Source: a virus
Lineage: Duplodnaviria; Caudoviricetes
DNA: 64,000 bases
Reading direction: 5' to 3' (one strand)
IMG/VR virus record: IMGVR_UViG_2563367162_000001
Location: 1 to 64,000 of that record
In this document: piece after piece, positions 10,080 to 19,920 of the stretch
Position numbering within the stretch: position 1 is the stretch's first letter
Layout of the letters: each line of letters begins with the position of its first letter
The notes under the pieces: model-generated
The model's database searches: none
Seen by the model: the letters and a program-made list of their open reading frames with translations, nothing else
What the model was told of the DNA's origin: nothing
Program-made: the position numbers and the translations under genes

Positions 10080-10571
10080 TTAATTATAATTTATCGTCCA
10101 ACGTTTGGAGGCAAGTTTGTAGGTGCTTACCACCGCGGCAAGGCGCGTCTCGTCGATTTTTCCCATAAGGGCATACGGGACGGACACCCAAAAGTCGAAG
10201 CCGCTCACACCGCCGTAGCCGCGGCGGTTGATGATGAAAGCCTTGCCGCCCCGCACGGGTAAAAGGATATGCCTGTCCATGTCCCGCGTAAAGAGGCGTG
10301 CGCCGCGAAGTCCACCGCTATCTTCGTCGTCCACGGTGATACGACGCTCCGTCTGGTCGAAAGTATCGTTCAGAACCGCGCGCAGGTGGCAGACCTGACC
10401 GTTATGCCAGAGCCTGTAATCCTTGTCGTCACGCCACCGCATGAACTCGCCGTGCAGCACGCTGCAACCCTGTACCGTGCTTTGCATGAAAGCCGCCACA
10501 AGGGGCTTGCGCAAAGCTGTGGGAAGCAGCAGGAGCGCAAGACGTTTTATCTTGACATCGTACACACTCAT
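10080..10571 (-). CDS. Baseplate wedge protein (gpI/gp48-like)
   Basis: Synteny after the baseplate J-like gene. Confidence 0.55.
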   Translation of the reverse strand: MSVYDVKIKRLALLLLPTALRKPLVAAFMQSTVQGCSVLHGEFMRWRDDKDYRLWHNGQVCHLRAVLNDTFDQTERRITVDDEDSGGLRGARLFTRDMDRHILLPVRGGKAFIINRRGYGGVSGFDFWVSVPYALMGKIDETRLAAVVSTYKLASKRWTINYN

Positions 10572-11407
10572 TTGTAAGATTTCATATTGACTGTTATGTT
10601 GCCCGCGGAAAAATAGCCCGCCGCGGGGGTAAAACGGGCGTCTATGTCGGTAGGGGTACTTTCACCGTCCACCTCCGTGGTCGCACCGCTCATCTCAACG
10701 ATGCGCACGCCCTCGATTTTCTGGAGTTCGTCCACAAGTGCCATGTTGCTGTACTCACCGTTGAAAGGCAGGTTTTCGATATAGTTACGTATCGTTTCCC
10801 TGCATTGCGTCTCGACGGTTTCAGGCAGCAGCATGGCGTCATAGTACACATCGACCTCGCAATGGAACACGTCGGCGGTCTGGTTCACGAGGTTCACGCG
10901 GACGCCCGCGTCTTTGATTTCACCGATATAGGCAAGAAGCTGGATTTCGGTATCGGCGTCAAGAGGCTGCCGAACACCGCCAGTTTCCCCCGCCACCTTG
11001 ATGGTAAGAATGGAAGCGTCTGCGTTCTCGCTGGCCGCGGCATATTTCACCACACGCGCAGCCTCGATGTCGCCGTCGTTCATGCCTGACGTGTCGTAGT
11101 GATCCGTGTCGGGAACGAGGGTCTTATCTTTCATGAAGCCCAGCACCTTGTCCCTGTACCATTTCGGACGGTGCGGGATGATGGACTCAATGCGCTGCTC
11201 GACATCGTGCCTGTGCTGGTCGAACAGGTTTTCAAGAACCCAGATCGCGCAGGCAACGATATAAAAAAGCAGGCTTTCAACGCTTACCTTGCTGAAATGC
11301 GAGGAAAAGGCCGCGCCCGTTTCAAACCCGTAGGCGCGCGCCACATCGGGATTGCGCATAAGGTCGGCCGTCATGCTGTCTTTGATTTCTGCGATTGTAC
11401 GTGCCAT
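10568..11407 (-). CDS. Baseplate J-like protein
   Basis: MARTIAEIK start; IKDAGVRV and LPFNG motifs; synteny. Confidence 0.65.
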   Translation of the reverse strand: MARTIAEIKDSMTADLMRNPDVARAYGFETGAAFSSHFSKVSVESLLFYIVACAIWVLENLFDQHRHDVEQRIESIIPHRPKWYRDKVLGFMKDKTLVPDTDHYDTSGMNDGDIEAARVVKYAAASENADASILTIKVAGETGGVRQPLDADTEIQLLAYIGEIKDAGVRVNLVNQTADVFHCEVDVYYDAMLLPETVETQCRETIRNYIENLPFNGEYSNMALVDELQKIEGVRIVEMSGATTEVDGESTPTDIDARFTPAAGYFSAGNITVNMKSYK

Positions 11408-11417
11408 TGTCTTATTT

Positions 11418-11711
11418 TTAACTTACTACAAAATCTATTTCAATACCCATGAAGTTGATGCCCTCCTGCGCGAGCGCGGCCATTTCTTCCTCGCTCAATG
11501 CCGTGGCGGGCTGGATGCCCTGAACGCTATAACGGCGTACCGTGTCCGCATTCTCGACAGCTATCGTGTCAAGTACCTGCCCGTCCGTAAGGGTGTCCGT
11601 AAGGCTCACACCGTTGGCAGCTGCAAGGCCGAAAGCAGCCTCCATGCTGCCAGCCGTCTGGACGGCCATGTCGAGCAGGCTCTGCCTGTCCTTTACTTTT
11701 ACCTCCATCAC
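11418..11711 (-). CDS. LysM-like / tail protein X
   Basis: QSLLDMAVQTAGS..LAAANG LysM-like pattern. Confidence 0.6.
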   Translation of the reverse strand: MMEVKVKDRQSLLDMAVQTAGSMEAAFGLAAANGVSLTDTLTDGQVLDTIAVENADTVRRYSVQGIQPATALSEEEMAALAQEGINFMGIEIDFVVS

Positions 11712-11986
11712 TCCACTGTTATAATGTTGTCTTCCGTTATGCTCACTTTCTCGACGTCAAGCCCGCAGGCTTCCAGCATTTTTTTGACCTGACCGCGCCA
11801 CATGACGTCCACCTCGCCGCCAAGCATCTTTTTCACCTCGCCGCCGATAAGCGGCCATTCTTTCCACTCGCCGCGCATGGCTACAAGGACACACTCGGCA
11901 ATCTGGCTGTCGGTGTCACCGATTACGACACTGCCGCGCTCTATCAGCAGGTCGCCACTTTCCGCGTCTATCAGTATGCCGTTCAT
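11708..11986 (-). CDS. Baseplate wedge gp25/gp46-like protein
   Basis: GEWKEWPLIG motif; synteny. Confidence 0.55.
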   Translation of the reverse strand: MNGILIDAESGDLLIERGSVVIGDTDSQIAECVLVAMRGEWKEWPLIGGEVKKMLGGEVDVMWRGQVKKMLEACGLDVEKVSITEDNIITVE

Positions 11987-12597
11987 CCGTGTTTCACTTT
12001 TTCGTTTTCATAATCACCCCGCTGTGTCAGTTCAAGCGGGGTCGCGCTCCATGCGGCAGCGGCGGCGGACAAGGCCGCGCCACCGTCCTGCGGGACGGCC
12101 ACCCACCCAGAAAACACGCTTTTCAGGTCGTTGATGTCCCGCTCTATGGCGTTGATTCGTTCGGTCAGCTGCCCGACCTTGACCGTGCCACCGAAGCCGC
12201 CGCCGTTCAGCGTTATGCCATCGTTCGTCAGTTCCGCGCTGGTATCGTCGCCCATCAGTACGCGCACGCCGTCTTTGTCGGCCGAAATTCGGGCGGTATC
12301 GTCACTGATTACCACCTCGACGCTTTCCACTTCATCGGTAAGCAGCACCACCCCCGCAGCACCGTCGGCCACAAAGCCCACCACCACGTAACTGCCCACT
12401 TTCGGAAATGCCACCACGCCGAACGTGCTTTCCTGATTGGCTTGCAGGTTCACGCCCAGAAGCGGCGCGCTTTCGTCCAACGGCGTGCAGTCCACCGTGC
12501 GCGCCGTCTTGTCCACGGCGTCCACAGTACAAACAAGGCTCACGCTCTGGCGGCCGCCCTGTGCCAACTGCCTGATGGTTTCTTTTATATTGTTCAT
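11983..12597 (-). CDS. Baseplate spike (gpV-like)
   Basis: OB-fold-like N-terminus (PKVGSYVVV), beta-rich C-terminus ending in KVKHG. Confidence 0.65.
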   Translation of the reverse strand: MNNIKETIRQLAQGGRQSVSLVCTVDAVDKTARTVDCTPLDESAPLLGVNLQANQESTFGVVAFPKVGSYVVVGFVADGAAGVVLLTDEVESVEVVISDDTARISADKDGVRVLMGDDTSAELTNDGITLNGGGFGGTVKVGQLTERINAIERDINDLKSVFSGWVAVPQDGGAALSAAAAAWSATPLELTQRGDYENEKVKHG

Positions 12598-13550
12598 TCT
12601 CCTATACGCTGGCCGAGCGTGATTTCCTGACGGAAGCCGCCCGTGCCGTATTTGATTATATTTTTCTTTACCTGATAGACGCCTTTTTTCTCACCGTCTA
12701 TCTTGATGCCGATGGCGTCCAGCTTGTCCGCCAGCCTGTAACCGAATGTCTTGAAACTGCCCGTGAGGCCGTCCCGTTTAAGACGTTTGATTTCCTGCTG
12801 CGCCCACGCTTTGAGTTCGGCTTCCTGCTTGTTGTAGGTATGGAGCGTGCGGTGTTCGCCGTCGGCGTCGCCCACTTCAACCCTGATTTTTTTATTGTTC
12901 GGCATAAGGCTGACCGCCTTGATGCGCAGGCGCATGTTTTCGGCCTTTTGCTGTTCGAGGCTCTGGTCGTCGATGATGTTCACCCCCGTGGCGAAGACCT
13001 GCGACGGGCGGCTGTCCCTCTCGAACAGGACACCGCAATAAAGCACGGGGCTGCCGTCCTCGTAACGGAAGAACGAGCGGACGCCGTTTTCCTGCAAATG
13101 GCCGAGAAGCGACGCCACGGTGTCCGCCGTGACACGGTACTGCCCGAGGTTCTGTTCACCCATCACGCGCAGCGGGTAGTTCAGGCCTTGTTCTTTCAGC
13201 AGGGTTTCAAGGTTCACGCTCTTGTAGGCTTTCTTCTTCGCTTCAATCTGCTTCAATTTGAACATTTCGTCCTCGCAGGTAATGACGACGGGCGTCTTAA
13301 AACCCACATCACGCACGTACCCCACAAAGGCAAGCTGCAAGTCACCGTCGTAGCCCAGCCACACTTTCACCACGTCGCCGCGCTGGACGGGTATCTCGGC
13401 CGCGCCGTCCCACTTGATTTTTTTGGGTAGCGTCAGGCGGCATTCGTCCGTCAGCTTTTCGGTGTCACGGGTGATTTCCACCTCCGTGACCTTTTCAAGC
13501 CGCCAAGACTTCGCGCCCATGATTTCTATTTTTGCCGTCAGCCTGTACAT
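12594..13550 (-). CDS. Baseplate hub (gpD/gp44-like)
   Basis: GDVVKVWLGYDG..F.GYV motif; synteny. Confidence 0.7.
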   Translation of the reverse strand: MYRLTAKIEIMGAKSWRLEKVTEVEITRDTEKLTDECRLTLPKKIKWDGAAEIPVQRGDVVKVWLGYDGDLQLAFVGYVRDVGFKTPVVITCEDEMFKLKQIEAKKKAYKSVNLETLLKEQGLNYPLRVMGEQNLGQYRVTADTVASLLGHLQENGVRSFFRYEDGSPVLYCGVLFERDSRPSQVFATGVNIIDDQSLEQQKAENMRLRIKAVSLMPNNKKIRVEVGDADGEHRTLHTYNKQEAELKAWAQQEIKRLKRDGLTGSFKTFGYRLADKLDAIGIKIDGEKKGVYQVKKNIIKYGTGGFRQEITLGQRIGE

Positions 13551-13575
13551 CGTTTGAATGCCGTTTAATTACTGT

Positions 13576-14178
13576 TTAATACTCCGTGCTGTACACGTTA
13601 TAATCTCCGTCGCTCATGGCCGAAATGCTCACGCTCTGGTAATTGCTGGCCGTGTCCTGCGATACGGAAAAGTTCTTTATCACGATACTGCCGATGTCGA
13701 ATATCTCCAGAAAGACGCTGTGCACGTCGATAGCCGCCTTTTCGTCGAAAAAGGCGCGAAGCTCGCGCAGCCCGTCTTCGGGGTATTCGTCCACGATGAC
13801 ACCGTTACGGACGGCGGCCACACCGACAACGATGTTTATCTGGTAGTCGCCCTCGTTGATGTATTCTTTCACCGTGCCGTCCATGCCTACCATCTGCGTG
13901 GTGACTATGTTTTTCGCGCGGCTGATGGCGCACACGGCGTCATTGATTACAAGCGTCTGGCCGTCCTGCTTGCGCAGCGTCAGTTCGCAAAGCACATAAC
14001 GCCCCTCCCAATAGCTTTTATCGGTTATCGGGCTGCTGACCTCGTGCGGGGTGATACCGCCGCCGTGACCGTCCCAGTTCGGGGCTTGACCCGTGCGCGA
14101 GGGCTGCATCCTGTACAGCAGCCCTTTCGCCTGTGTGGCCGCGCCTGCGGCTATGAACATGAAACTTATCGGTGTCAT
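13576..14178 (-). CDS. Tail tube initiator-like protein (DUF6046-like)
   Basis: KNIVTTQMVGMDGTVKEYI motif; follows the tape measure gene. Confidence 0.6.
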   Translation of the reverse strand: MTPISFMFIAAGAATQAKGLLYRMQPSRTGQAPNWDGHGGGITPHEVSSPITDKSYWEGRYVLCELTLRKQDGQTLVINDAVCAISRAKNIVTTQMVGMDGTVKEYINEGDYQINIVVGVAAVRNGVIVDEYPEDGLRELRAFFDEKAAIDVHSVFLEIFDIGSIVIKNFSVSQDTASNYQSVSISAMSDGDYNVYSTEY

Positions 14179-14179
14179 A

Positions 14180-16330
14180 CTACATTGCAAGATTTACGTC
14201 GTTAAGGGCTGACAGCAAGGCTTCGCCCACCATATCCTTGACCTTTCCCAAGTCCTCGGACAGGTTGGTGGTGTGTATCTCGAAACGCTCCACCAGCTTG
14301 TCCACATTGACCGTTATATTCCTGATTTTACCGCCGCCCTCGCTTTTGCCGCCGCCGACAGTTCCGAGGCTGCCCCCTGTCGGGTCGGGCGGCGTGACAG
14401 TCGGCACGTCCACCGTGGGGACTTCACCGCCCGCGGCGTTCGGGTCGGGCTTGCCTTTCTTTTTGGCCTCCTCCGCTTTCTTGCTGGCGGACATTTCGGC
14501 ATTGTAGGCGTCATTGAACGCCTTGCCGACGTTCGTGCCGAACTCCGAAAAGCCTCCTTTAAGCCTGTTTATGGCGTCTTTGATGCCCTGACCGTCAAGG
14601 GAGAAAGCGGCCTTTATCAAATCACCGATGCTGCCGAAGACGTTTTTAGCCAAATCCCAGATACCCTTGAATGTGGCGACAAAGGCCGCACCCAGACCTT
14701 TAAGGGTGGCGCGGAACTTCGCCGAAGTATTCCAAAAATAGACGCCCAGCGCGATAAGCCCCGCGATTGCTGCGGCTATCCACCCGATAATCGGGATGCT
14801 CATGATGGCCACGCTGACCGCACGGCAGGCGGCAGTGGCAGCCAGCTTGAAAGCACCAAAGGAAGCGGAAGCGATACCCGCGAAAGTGGCCGAGGCTGTC
14901 CCGCCCGTGACAAACGACAGAACCAATGCGCCCAGACCTTTCAGGGCTTGGAATATCCCCACTGTGGCAAACCGAAGCACCGCCAGCGTCGCGCGGGTGA
15001 TATTGACAAAAAAGCCGTTGGAGGCGAACTGCCCCGTAATAAGCTCTCGGTTCATGAACGCCATTTGCAGGCGGGCGGCATAGATGAAGCCCTGAACGCG
15101 CGACCACATGGCAGCCCACTGCAAGCCTTTTATCCATGCCATAAGGTTGCCCATGCCGATAAGCAGCGGCATAAGCTGCGAAAGCGGAACGAGCGCGCCC
15201 ATAAGCGTGGAAAGCCAGATGCCGAGGTCGCCCGTAGCCTGAAAAATAGTTATCTTGAAGTCCTCAAACTGCTGGTTTATACGTGCCTGACGCTCGGCGT
15301 AGCTGTCCATGATGATGGCCGCCTGTTCTTCCGCCGAGGCCGTGCCTGTGACGGCCTCGGTGAAGTCCTGCAAACTTTCAGTGCCGTTTATCAGGGCAAG
15401 GGCGGCGTTCGCGTTCTCACGGCCGAACAGGGCGGACAGCAGCGCGTCGTCTTTCAGCAGCGGTTTGAGCGTTTCCAGACGTTCTTTCAGCGGCTTCGTC
15501 TTATCGGTCAGCGAGGACACGTTGATGCCCGCCTTTTGCAGTTCCTCCTGCGTCTTTTCGGGCAGGAAACGGCCTGCGGCAAGGGTGGAAAGCACGTTGC
15601 GCAGGGCGACACCGCCCTCCGAACCTTTTTTGCCCGCCTTGTCGAGCACCTGAATGGCGGCGTTCGTTTCCTCAAAGCTGACGTTGGCGGCTTTCGCGGC
15701 CATACCGCACTGCTGCAACGCCACTTTGATGGCGGGGAGTTCCGCAGAACCCGCCTGACCCGCCGCAGCCATGACGTTCATCATGCGCGCCATTTCCGCG
15801 CTGGCTTTCATCGGGTCGTCAAGGCTGATGCCGTACTGGTTCATAGCGGTGGTCAGAACCTCGGCCGCCGCCACACCGTCACCACCCATCAGTTTGCTGG
15901 TGGTGGCGATACAGTTGCCCATCGCCTGCAAAGCCTCGGGGTATTTGCCGAGTTCGGGTGACAGCTGCGAAAGCAGCAACTTGTAACCCTCAACGGCCTG
16001 CGAGGCGTCGATACCGAAAGCCTTTGCACTGCTGCGGGCGTAGCCCTCAATCTGTTTCAGGCCGTCACCCACGACACCCGCGACGGCACTCAAATCGTGC
16101 ATCTGGCTGTCAAGCGATATGCCCGAAGACGAAAGGCCGACCAGCGTGTCGTTGAACTTGCTTACATAGTTACTTGCCAAATCCCAGACTGCAAGCGTCT
16201 GACCCAATTTGCCGAGCCAGCTGTGCGTACCCTCCACGGCGGCATTGAAACGGCCTGTACTCTCGGCCATTCCCTCCATCGTGGCGGTAAAATTGCCGCC
16301 GACATTAAATTGGTAGTCGAAATTTTGCAT
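14180..16330 (-). CDS. Tail tape measure protein (TP901-type core)
   Basis: Ala-rich helical; KGSEGGVALRN motif; hydrophobic segments. Confidence 0.9.
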   Translation of the reverse strand: MQNFDYQFNVGGNFTATMEGMAESTGRFNAAVEGTHSWLGKLGQTLAVWDLASNYVSKFNDTLVGLSSSGISLDSQMHDLSAVAGVVGDGLKQIEGYARSSAKAFGIDASQAVEGYKLLLSQLSPELGKYPEALQAMGNCIATTSKLMGGDGVAAAEVLTTAMNQYGISLDDPMKASAEMARMMNVMAAAGQAGSAELPAIKVALQQCGMAAKAANVSFEETNAAIQVLDKAGKKGSEGGVALRNVLSTLAAGRFLPEKTQEELQKAGINVSSLTDKTKPLKERLETLKPLLKDDALLSALFGRENANAALALINGTESLQDFTEAVTGTASAEEQAAIIMDSYAERQARINQQFEDFKITIFQATGDLGIWLSTLMGALVPLSQLMPLLIGMGNLMAWIKGLQWAAMWSRVQGFIYAARLQMAFMNRELITGQFASNGFFVNITRATLAVLRFATVGIFQALKGLGALVLSFVTGGTASATFAGIASASFGAFKLAATAACRAVSVAIMSIPIIGWIAAAIAGLIALGVYFWNTSAKFRATLKGLGAAFVATFKGIWDLAKNVFGSIGDLIKAAFSLDGQGIKDAINRLKGGFSEFGTNVGKAFNDAYNAEMSASKKAEEAKKKGKPDPNAAGGEVPTVDVPTVTPPDPTGGSLGTVGGGKSEGGGKIRNITVNVDKLVERFEIHTTNLSEDLGKVKDMVGEALLSALNDVNLAM

Positions 16331-16384
16331 AATCGGGTTGTTTTTACTATTTTAGCAACGTGTTACTTTTACACTGTTTTGAAT

Positions 16385-16549
16385 ATGGAAAGCATCTTGA
16401 TTTTTATCGGTAAATGGTTCGTAATGCTGCCTATCTGCATAGGTATCGTTATCATGCCATTTTATCTGCTCGGTGCTTTCGCCCGTGCCGCGTTCAAAGA
16501 TTTCAGGCGGGCGTCAAGGGCTGGCATTGCCCCCAAACATTCCCGATAG
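16385..16549 (+). CDS. Small antisense membrane protein (moron-like)
   Basis: 54-aa MESILIFIGKWFVMLPICIGIVIMPFYLLGAF..; AT-rich upstream region; opposite strand to the tail operon. Confidence 0.5.
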   Translation: MESILIFIGKWFVMLPICIGIVIMPFYLLGAFARAAFKDFRRASRAGIAPKHSR

Positions 16550-17076
16550 CATTTCTGCAAGGTTCCTGTTTCGGAACTTCTCCAGCCATAACGCCTCGGC
16601 GTAATGCGCCGCCCATTCTTCATAACTGCCGACCGTCGGGTCAAGGCCGAGGTTCGCGCGGATTAAGGCACACCCCTTTTGAAAACCGTCCTTATCGTCG
16701 TCATCAGAAAGCTGGTGCGCCTCTACAAGTTTTTTAGGCTACCGAGGCACGAGTTGAACATATTACCCAGCTGCGCGGTCGCCGCCATGAACAACAGCGC
16801 GTCTTCACGCATTTCCGTGTCACCGCCCAGAAAACAATTGTCATAAAGCACGGAGGCACTTTTCACCTCGTCGCTCTTGCCGACCTTTGTAACGGCCGAC
16901 ATGGTTTCCAGCGACGGGCGTTTGAAATAGGCCACATGCAGGTCTTCTCCGTCCGTTACGTCTATGCGGATAACGCGTTTGTGTACGGCTTTCCATTTGT
17001 TGATTTGTTCCTCGGTCACACCGCCGTCATAGGTCTTTCCCTGCGGCTGTTTCGTTTCGTTATTTTCCATGTTCAT
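16514..17076 (-). CDS. Tail assembly chaperone G (16723-17076) and -1 frameshift product GT
   Basis: A AAA AAC slippery heptamer at 16729-16735 before TAG; -1 frame open to 16514; lies between tube and tape measure genes. Confidence 0.8.
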
Positions 17077-17097
17077 ATACTGTTTAATGATTGGTTA

Positions 17098-17538
17098 CTA
17101 CTGCCCCCATTCGATATGCGACGGCACAAGTTCAAGTTCCACCTCCTGCCCCGTATCGCCCTCTTTCCACTTGCGGCTGTTACCCGAAAACTGCACGTTG
17201 CGGATTTTGTCCGTATGAATGATACCGCTGTCGGGCAGATAGGTGACAGTGATGTCAAAGGGCGCAAGGTCTTGAATACGCCCGTTAGGGGCTTGCGACT
17301 GGATGGCCTGCACTTCCTCCTGATACAGGATGATTTTTGCCGTCGGGGTGATGCGTCCTTTTGCTCGGCCGACTGGGTGGCGGCCTGCGCCGTACTTGTT
17401 TACCACGTCCTGATTGTCGGCGTACTCTATGCCGACGATACCTGTAACAGGTACGCCGCTGATGGCTGCCACGATGTCAGCCCACGAGCAAAGCATTCCG
17501 TTGATAAGGGGGATGCCGTTGTTGATTACACTTGCCAT
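17098..17538 (-). CDS. Tail tube protein
   Basis: 146 aa directly after the sheath gene. Confidence 0.75.
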   Translation of the reverse strand: MASVINNGIPLINGMLCSWADIVAAISGVPVTGIVGIEYADNQDVVNKYGAGRHPVGRAKGRITPTAKIILYQEEVQAIQSQAPNGRIQDLAPFDITVTYLPDSGIIHTDKIRNVQFSGNSRKWKEGDTGQEVELELVPSHIEWGQ

Positions 17539-17611
17539 TAGTTCCTGAATTTACGCTGCGCTCGGCAACACTCAAATAAATTTGGTGTTGCTCTCACTGG
17601 CAGCAAATTTG

Positions 17612-18784
17612 TTATACTGTTTTAGCAAATCCGATTTTTACTTTGATTTTACGCATGACGCCCACGGCCACCTGTCGGATAACGATTTCCACCTCGCTGG
17701 TGCTTAACACATCCTGTTCGGGGTCGATTTCCACCTTGTAGCCCGACAGTTCGCCCGCCTTTTCCATGTCTTCGAGGGCTTTGTTGGCCGTCGTTTCCAG
17801 ATGGCTGACGCTGTACGCCTGCATTTTGCCCGTGTCAGCGTCGATGTAGATGTTGCCGCCCAATTCGGGGATAAGGTAGGTGCGCACACCGCGCACGGCC
17901 TTGTCCATCGTGCGGACGCTTTCTATCATCGCGTAGTCGCTTATGGCACTGTCCATCGTATGACTGTCGTTCACGTAGCTGCCCGCCTGTCCCACATGGG
18001 TGACGAAGAACAGGTAACGCCCGCCGTCCAACTGCTCGACAAGTGCCTTGTCAAGGTCGCGGTAAAGCGTGCCGTCACCAAAGGCGGGTACATTCACGCC
18101 CGTGGGGAAATTCTTGACCCAGCCGATGGACTGATGCACGGCAGCCAAAGAGAGAAGCCCCAGCACCACGCCGATGGCCGACACGGTGTTTTTGGCCGTC
18201 TTGTTGGCCTCGGCCGCGTAGAGTTCCGCGCCCGTTCCGCTGCCTGCCTGTGCAATTACGACACTGACGCGGCACTGGTTCGCACCCGCAACGTCCGCGG
18301 GCATGTTACCCACGGCGGACACTTTCGGGGCATACAGCACGGAAAGCGGTGCGTTCTGGGTATCGAGCGCGTCGGCGACGCCCTGAATGGCGGTAACGTC
18401 GTCCGCGCTGAAAGCCTTGTCGCCGCACCAGATGGCTATCTGGCGGATGCGGCCGCTGGCGAAGTTCTGCACCGTCTTGATTTCGGTAAACTTGTAGCTG
18501 GTCGGTTTCGTGAAGATGCCCACGTAAAGCGAAATGCTCGGATTGACGCGGAAAATCTCCGAAAGCTGGTAATGCAGCACTTTCACGCTCCAGCTGGCGG
18601 ACTTGTCGGTGATGCCCAACGCCTCGGCGGCGTCAATGGTCGAAACGGCCTGCACGTGCGCTGTCTTGAAGCCGTCGGGGATTTCCGCGGCAGCCAGATA
18701 GGCGATGAAGCCGGACACATGGTCTTCGCCAGCCACGCTTTTGGGCACATTGCCGTTTTGTCTTTCTATTTTTAAGCTGTTCAT
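17612..18784 (-). CDS. Tail sheath protein (DUF2586-like)
   Basis: DYAMIESVRTMDKAVR and IDPEQDVLSTS motifs; size and synteny. Confidence 0.8.
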   Translation of the reverse strand: MNSLKIERQNGNVPKSVAGEDHVSGFIAYLAAAEIPDGFKTAHVQAVSTIDAAEALGITDKSASWSVKVLHYQLSEIFRVNPSISLYVGIFTKPTSYKFTEIKTVQNFASGRIRQIAIWCGDKAFSADDVTAIQGVADALDTQNAPLSVLYAPKVSAVGNMPADVAGANQCRVSVVIAQAGSGTGAELYAAEANKTAKNTVSAIGVVLGLLSLAAVHQSIGWVKNFPTGVNVPAFGDGTLYRDLDKALVEQLDGGRYLFFVTHVGQAGSYVNDSHTMDSAISDYAMIESVRTMDKAVRGVRTYLIPELGGNIYIDADTGKMQAYSVSHLETTANKALEDMEKAGELSGYKVEIDPEQDVLSTSEVEIVIRQVAVGVMRKIKVKIGFAKTV

Positions 18785-19128
18785 TACTCCGTCACTTTGA
18801 TGATTTCCTTACCTGCCAGATCGGCGGCGTGGTGCTGTGCGTCGGAGCGCAACGGGAACGCCTGACCGTCGGACGTTACGAATACTTCTTTGAAGCCGTG
18901 CCGCGCGATGGCGGCCTTGCCTGCCTTTTCCAGAACGCTGGCCGTGGGTTTCGGCTTCTTTTCCTCTTTGGCCGCAGCAGCCTTTTTGTCGGCCTTTTCA
19001 GTTTCAGGCGCGGGCACAACCGCGGCGGTCTTTTCCTCGGCGGGGGCGGCCTGTGCCGTCTGTGTTTCGGGGGTCGGGGCTGCCTGTGCGGCGGCCGCTT
19101 CTTTTTCCTTGTTCTTGTTCGTTGCCAT
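18784..19128 (-). CDS. Hypothetical Ala/Lys/Glu-rich phage protein
   Basis: ORF from MATNKNKEK; C-terminal VFVTSDGQAF. Confidence 0.6.
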   Translation of the reverse strand: MATNKNKEKEAAAAQAAPTPETQTAQAAPAEEKTAAVVPAPETEKADKKAAAAKEEKKPKPTASVLEKAGKAAIARHGFKEVFVTSDGQAFPLRSDAQHHAADLAGKEIIKVTE

Positions 19129-19132
19129 AATT

Positions 19133-19663
19133 TTAGCGTTTAATTCGTTTGTAAAATATCCAGATTGCAAAGACAGACACCGCCAGCAGGAACATGCCCG
19201 TACCAAGCCGCAGGATGCCTGTGCCCGCGCTCGGTTTCTGTTCGGAGGTCTGGACGCTGTCGGACTGCTGCGTGCTCTCCTCGACCGTGTCGGCCGTTAC
19301 CTGCGCCTCCGTCTGGACGTCGGTCTGCGCCGTCTCGCGGGTCTGCTGTTTCTGCCGATGTTCCTTGTGCAGCACCGCTTTCACGGGTGGCAGCCCTGTG
19401 CTATCGGCGGGCGGCTTGTCGGTGTCGTAAACCACCAAGTCCGTGACCGTTTCGCCCTCGCTGACGGTCAGACGTTCCAGCATCATGGCAACCTGTGCGC
19501 GCACAAGGCTGTCAAAATGCGCCTGCGCGCTCTCATCTATCCGCGTCTGCACCTCGGCGCGCGTCAGCCGCTTCTGCGGCGAGCAGCTCACGAGAAACAG
19601 GGCAGTTGTCAGCCATAGGGCATGACGGTATTTTCTCGACGGCTTTTCGGAATTTGTCCACAT
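19133..19663 (-). CDS. Putative unimolecular spanin-like lipoprotein
   Basis: Lipobox LFLVSC plus C-terminal TM helix followed by basic residues; in the lysis cassette; start uncertain. Confidence 0.55.
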   Translation of the reverse strand: MWTNSEKPSRKYRHALWLTTALFLVSCSPQKRLTRAEVQTRIDESAQAHFDSLVRAQVAMMLERLTVSEGETVTDLVVYDTDKPPADSTGLPPVKAVLHKEHRQKQQTRETAQTDVQTEAQVTADTVEESTQQSDSVQTSEQKPSAGTGILRLGTGMFLLAVSVFAIWIFYKRIKR

Positions 19664-19916
19664 CCTTGCGTAATGATTGGATTTCTTTTTCGAGCGGCTT
19701 CACTATATTTTCCATAAGTATGCCGCTCGCCTTGCGCACATTCTCCAGCTCGCTGTTCTCCACGTTCGTAAGCGTCTGTTTCATTTCAGCACGCAGTTTG
19801 TCGAGTTCAAGCTGGTATTTCTGCCGCAGTACCCTGCTGTTCACCCACGCGCCCAGCGGGGCGGACACGGCCGCCACAAGGGACGACACAATTATGGTTG
19901 TAAGTTCTGCGCTCAT
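19533..19916 (-). CDS. Holin-like/membrane-anchored coiled-coil lysis protein
   Basis: N-terminal TM segment, coiled coil, directly after the endolysin. Confidence 0.55.
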   Translation of the reverse strand: MSAELTTIIVSSLVAAVSAPLGAWVNSRVLRQKYQLELDKLRAEMKQTLTNVENSELENVRKASGILMENIVKPLEKEIQSLRKDVDKFRKAVEKIPSCPMADNCPVSRELLAAEAADARRGADADR

Positions 19917-19920
19917 TGTT

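Noticed and set aside
14273-15961. 562-aa plus-strand ORF
   Set aside because: Antisense shadow of the tape measure gene
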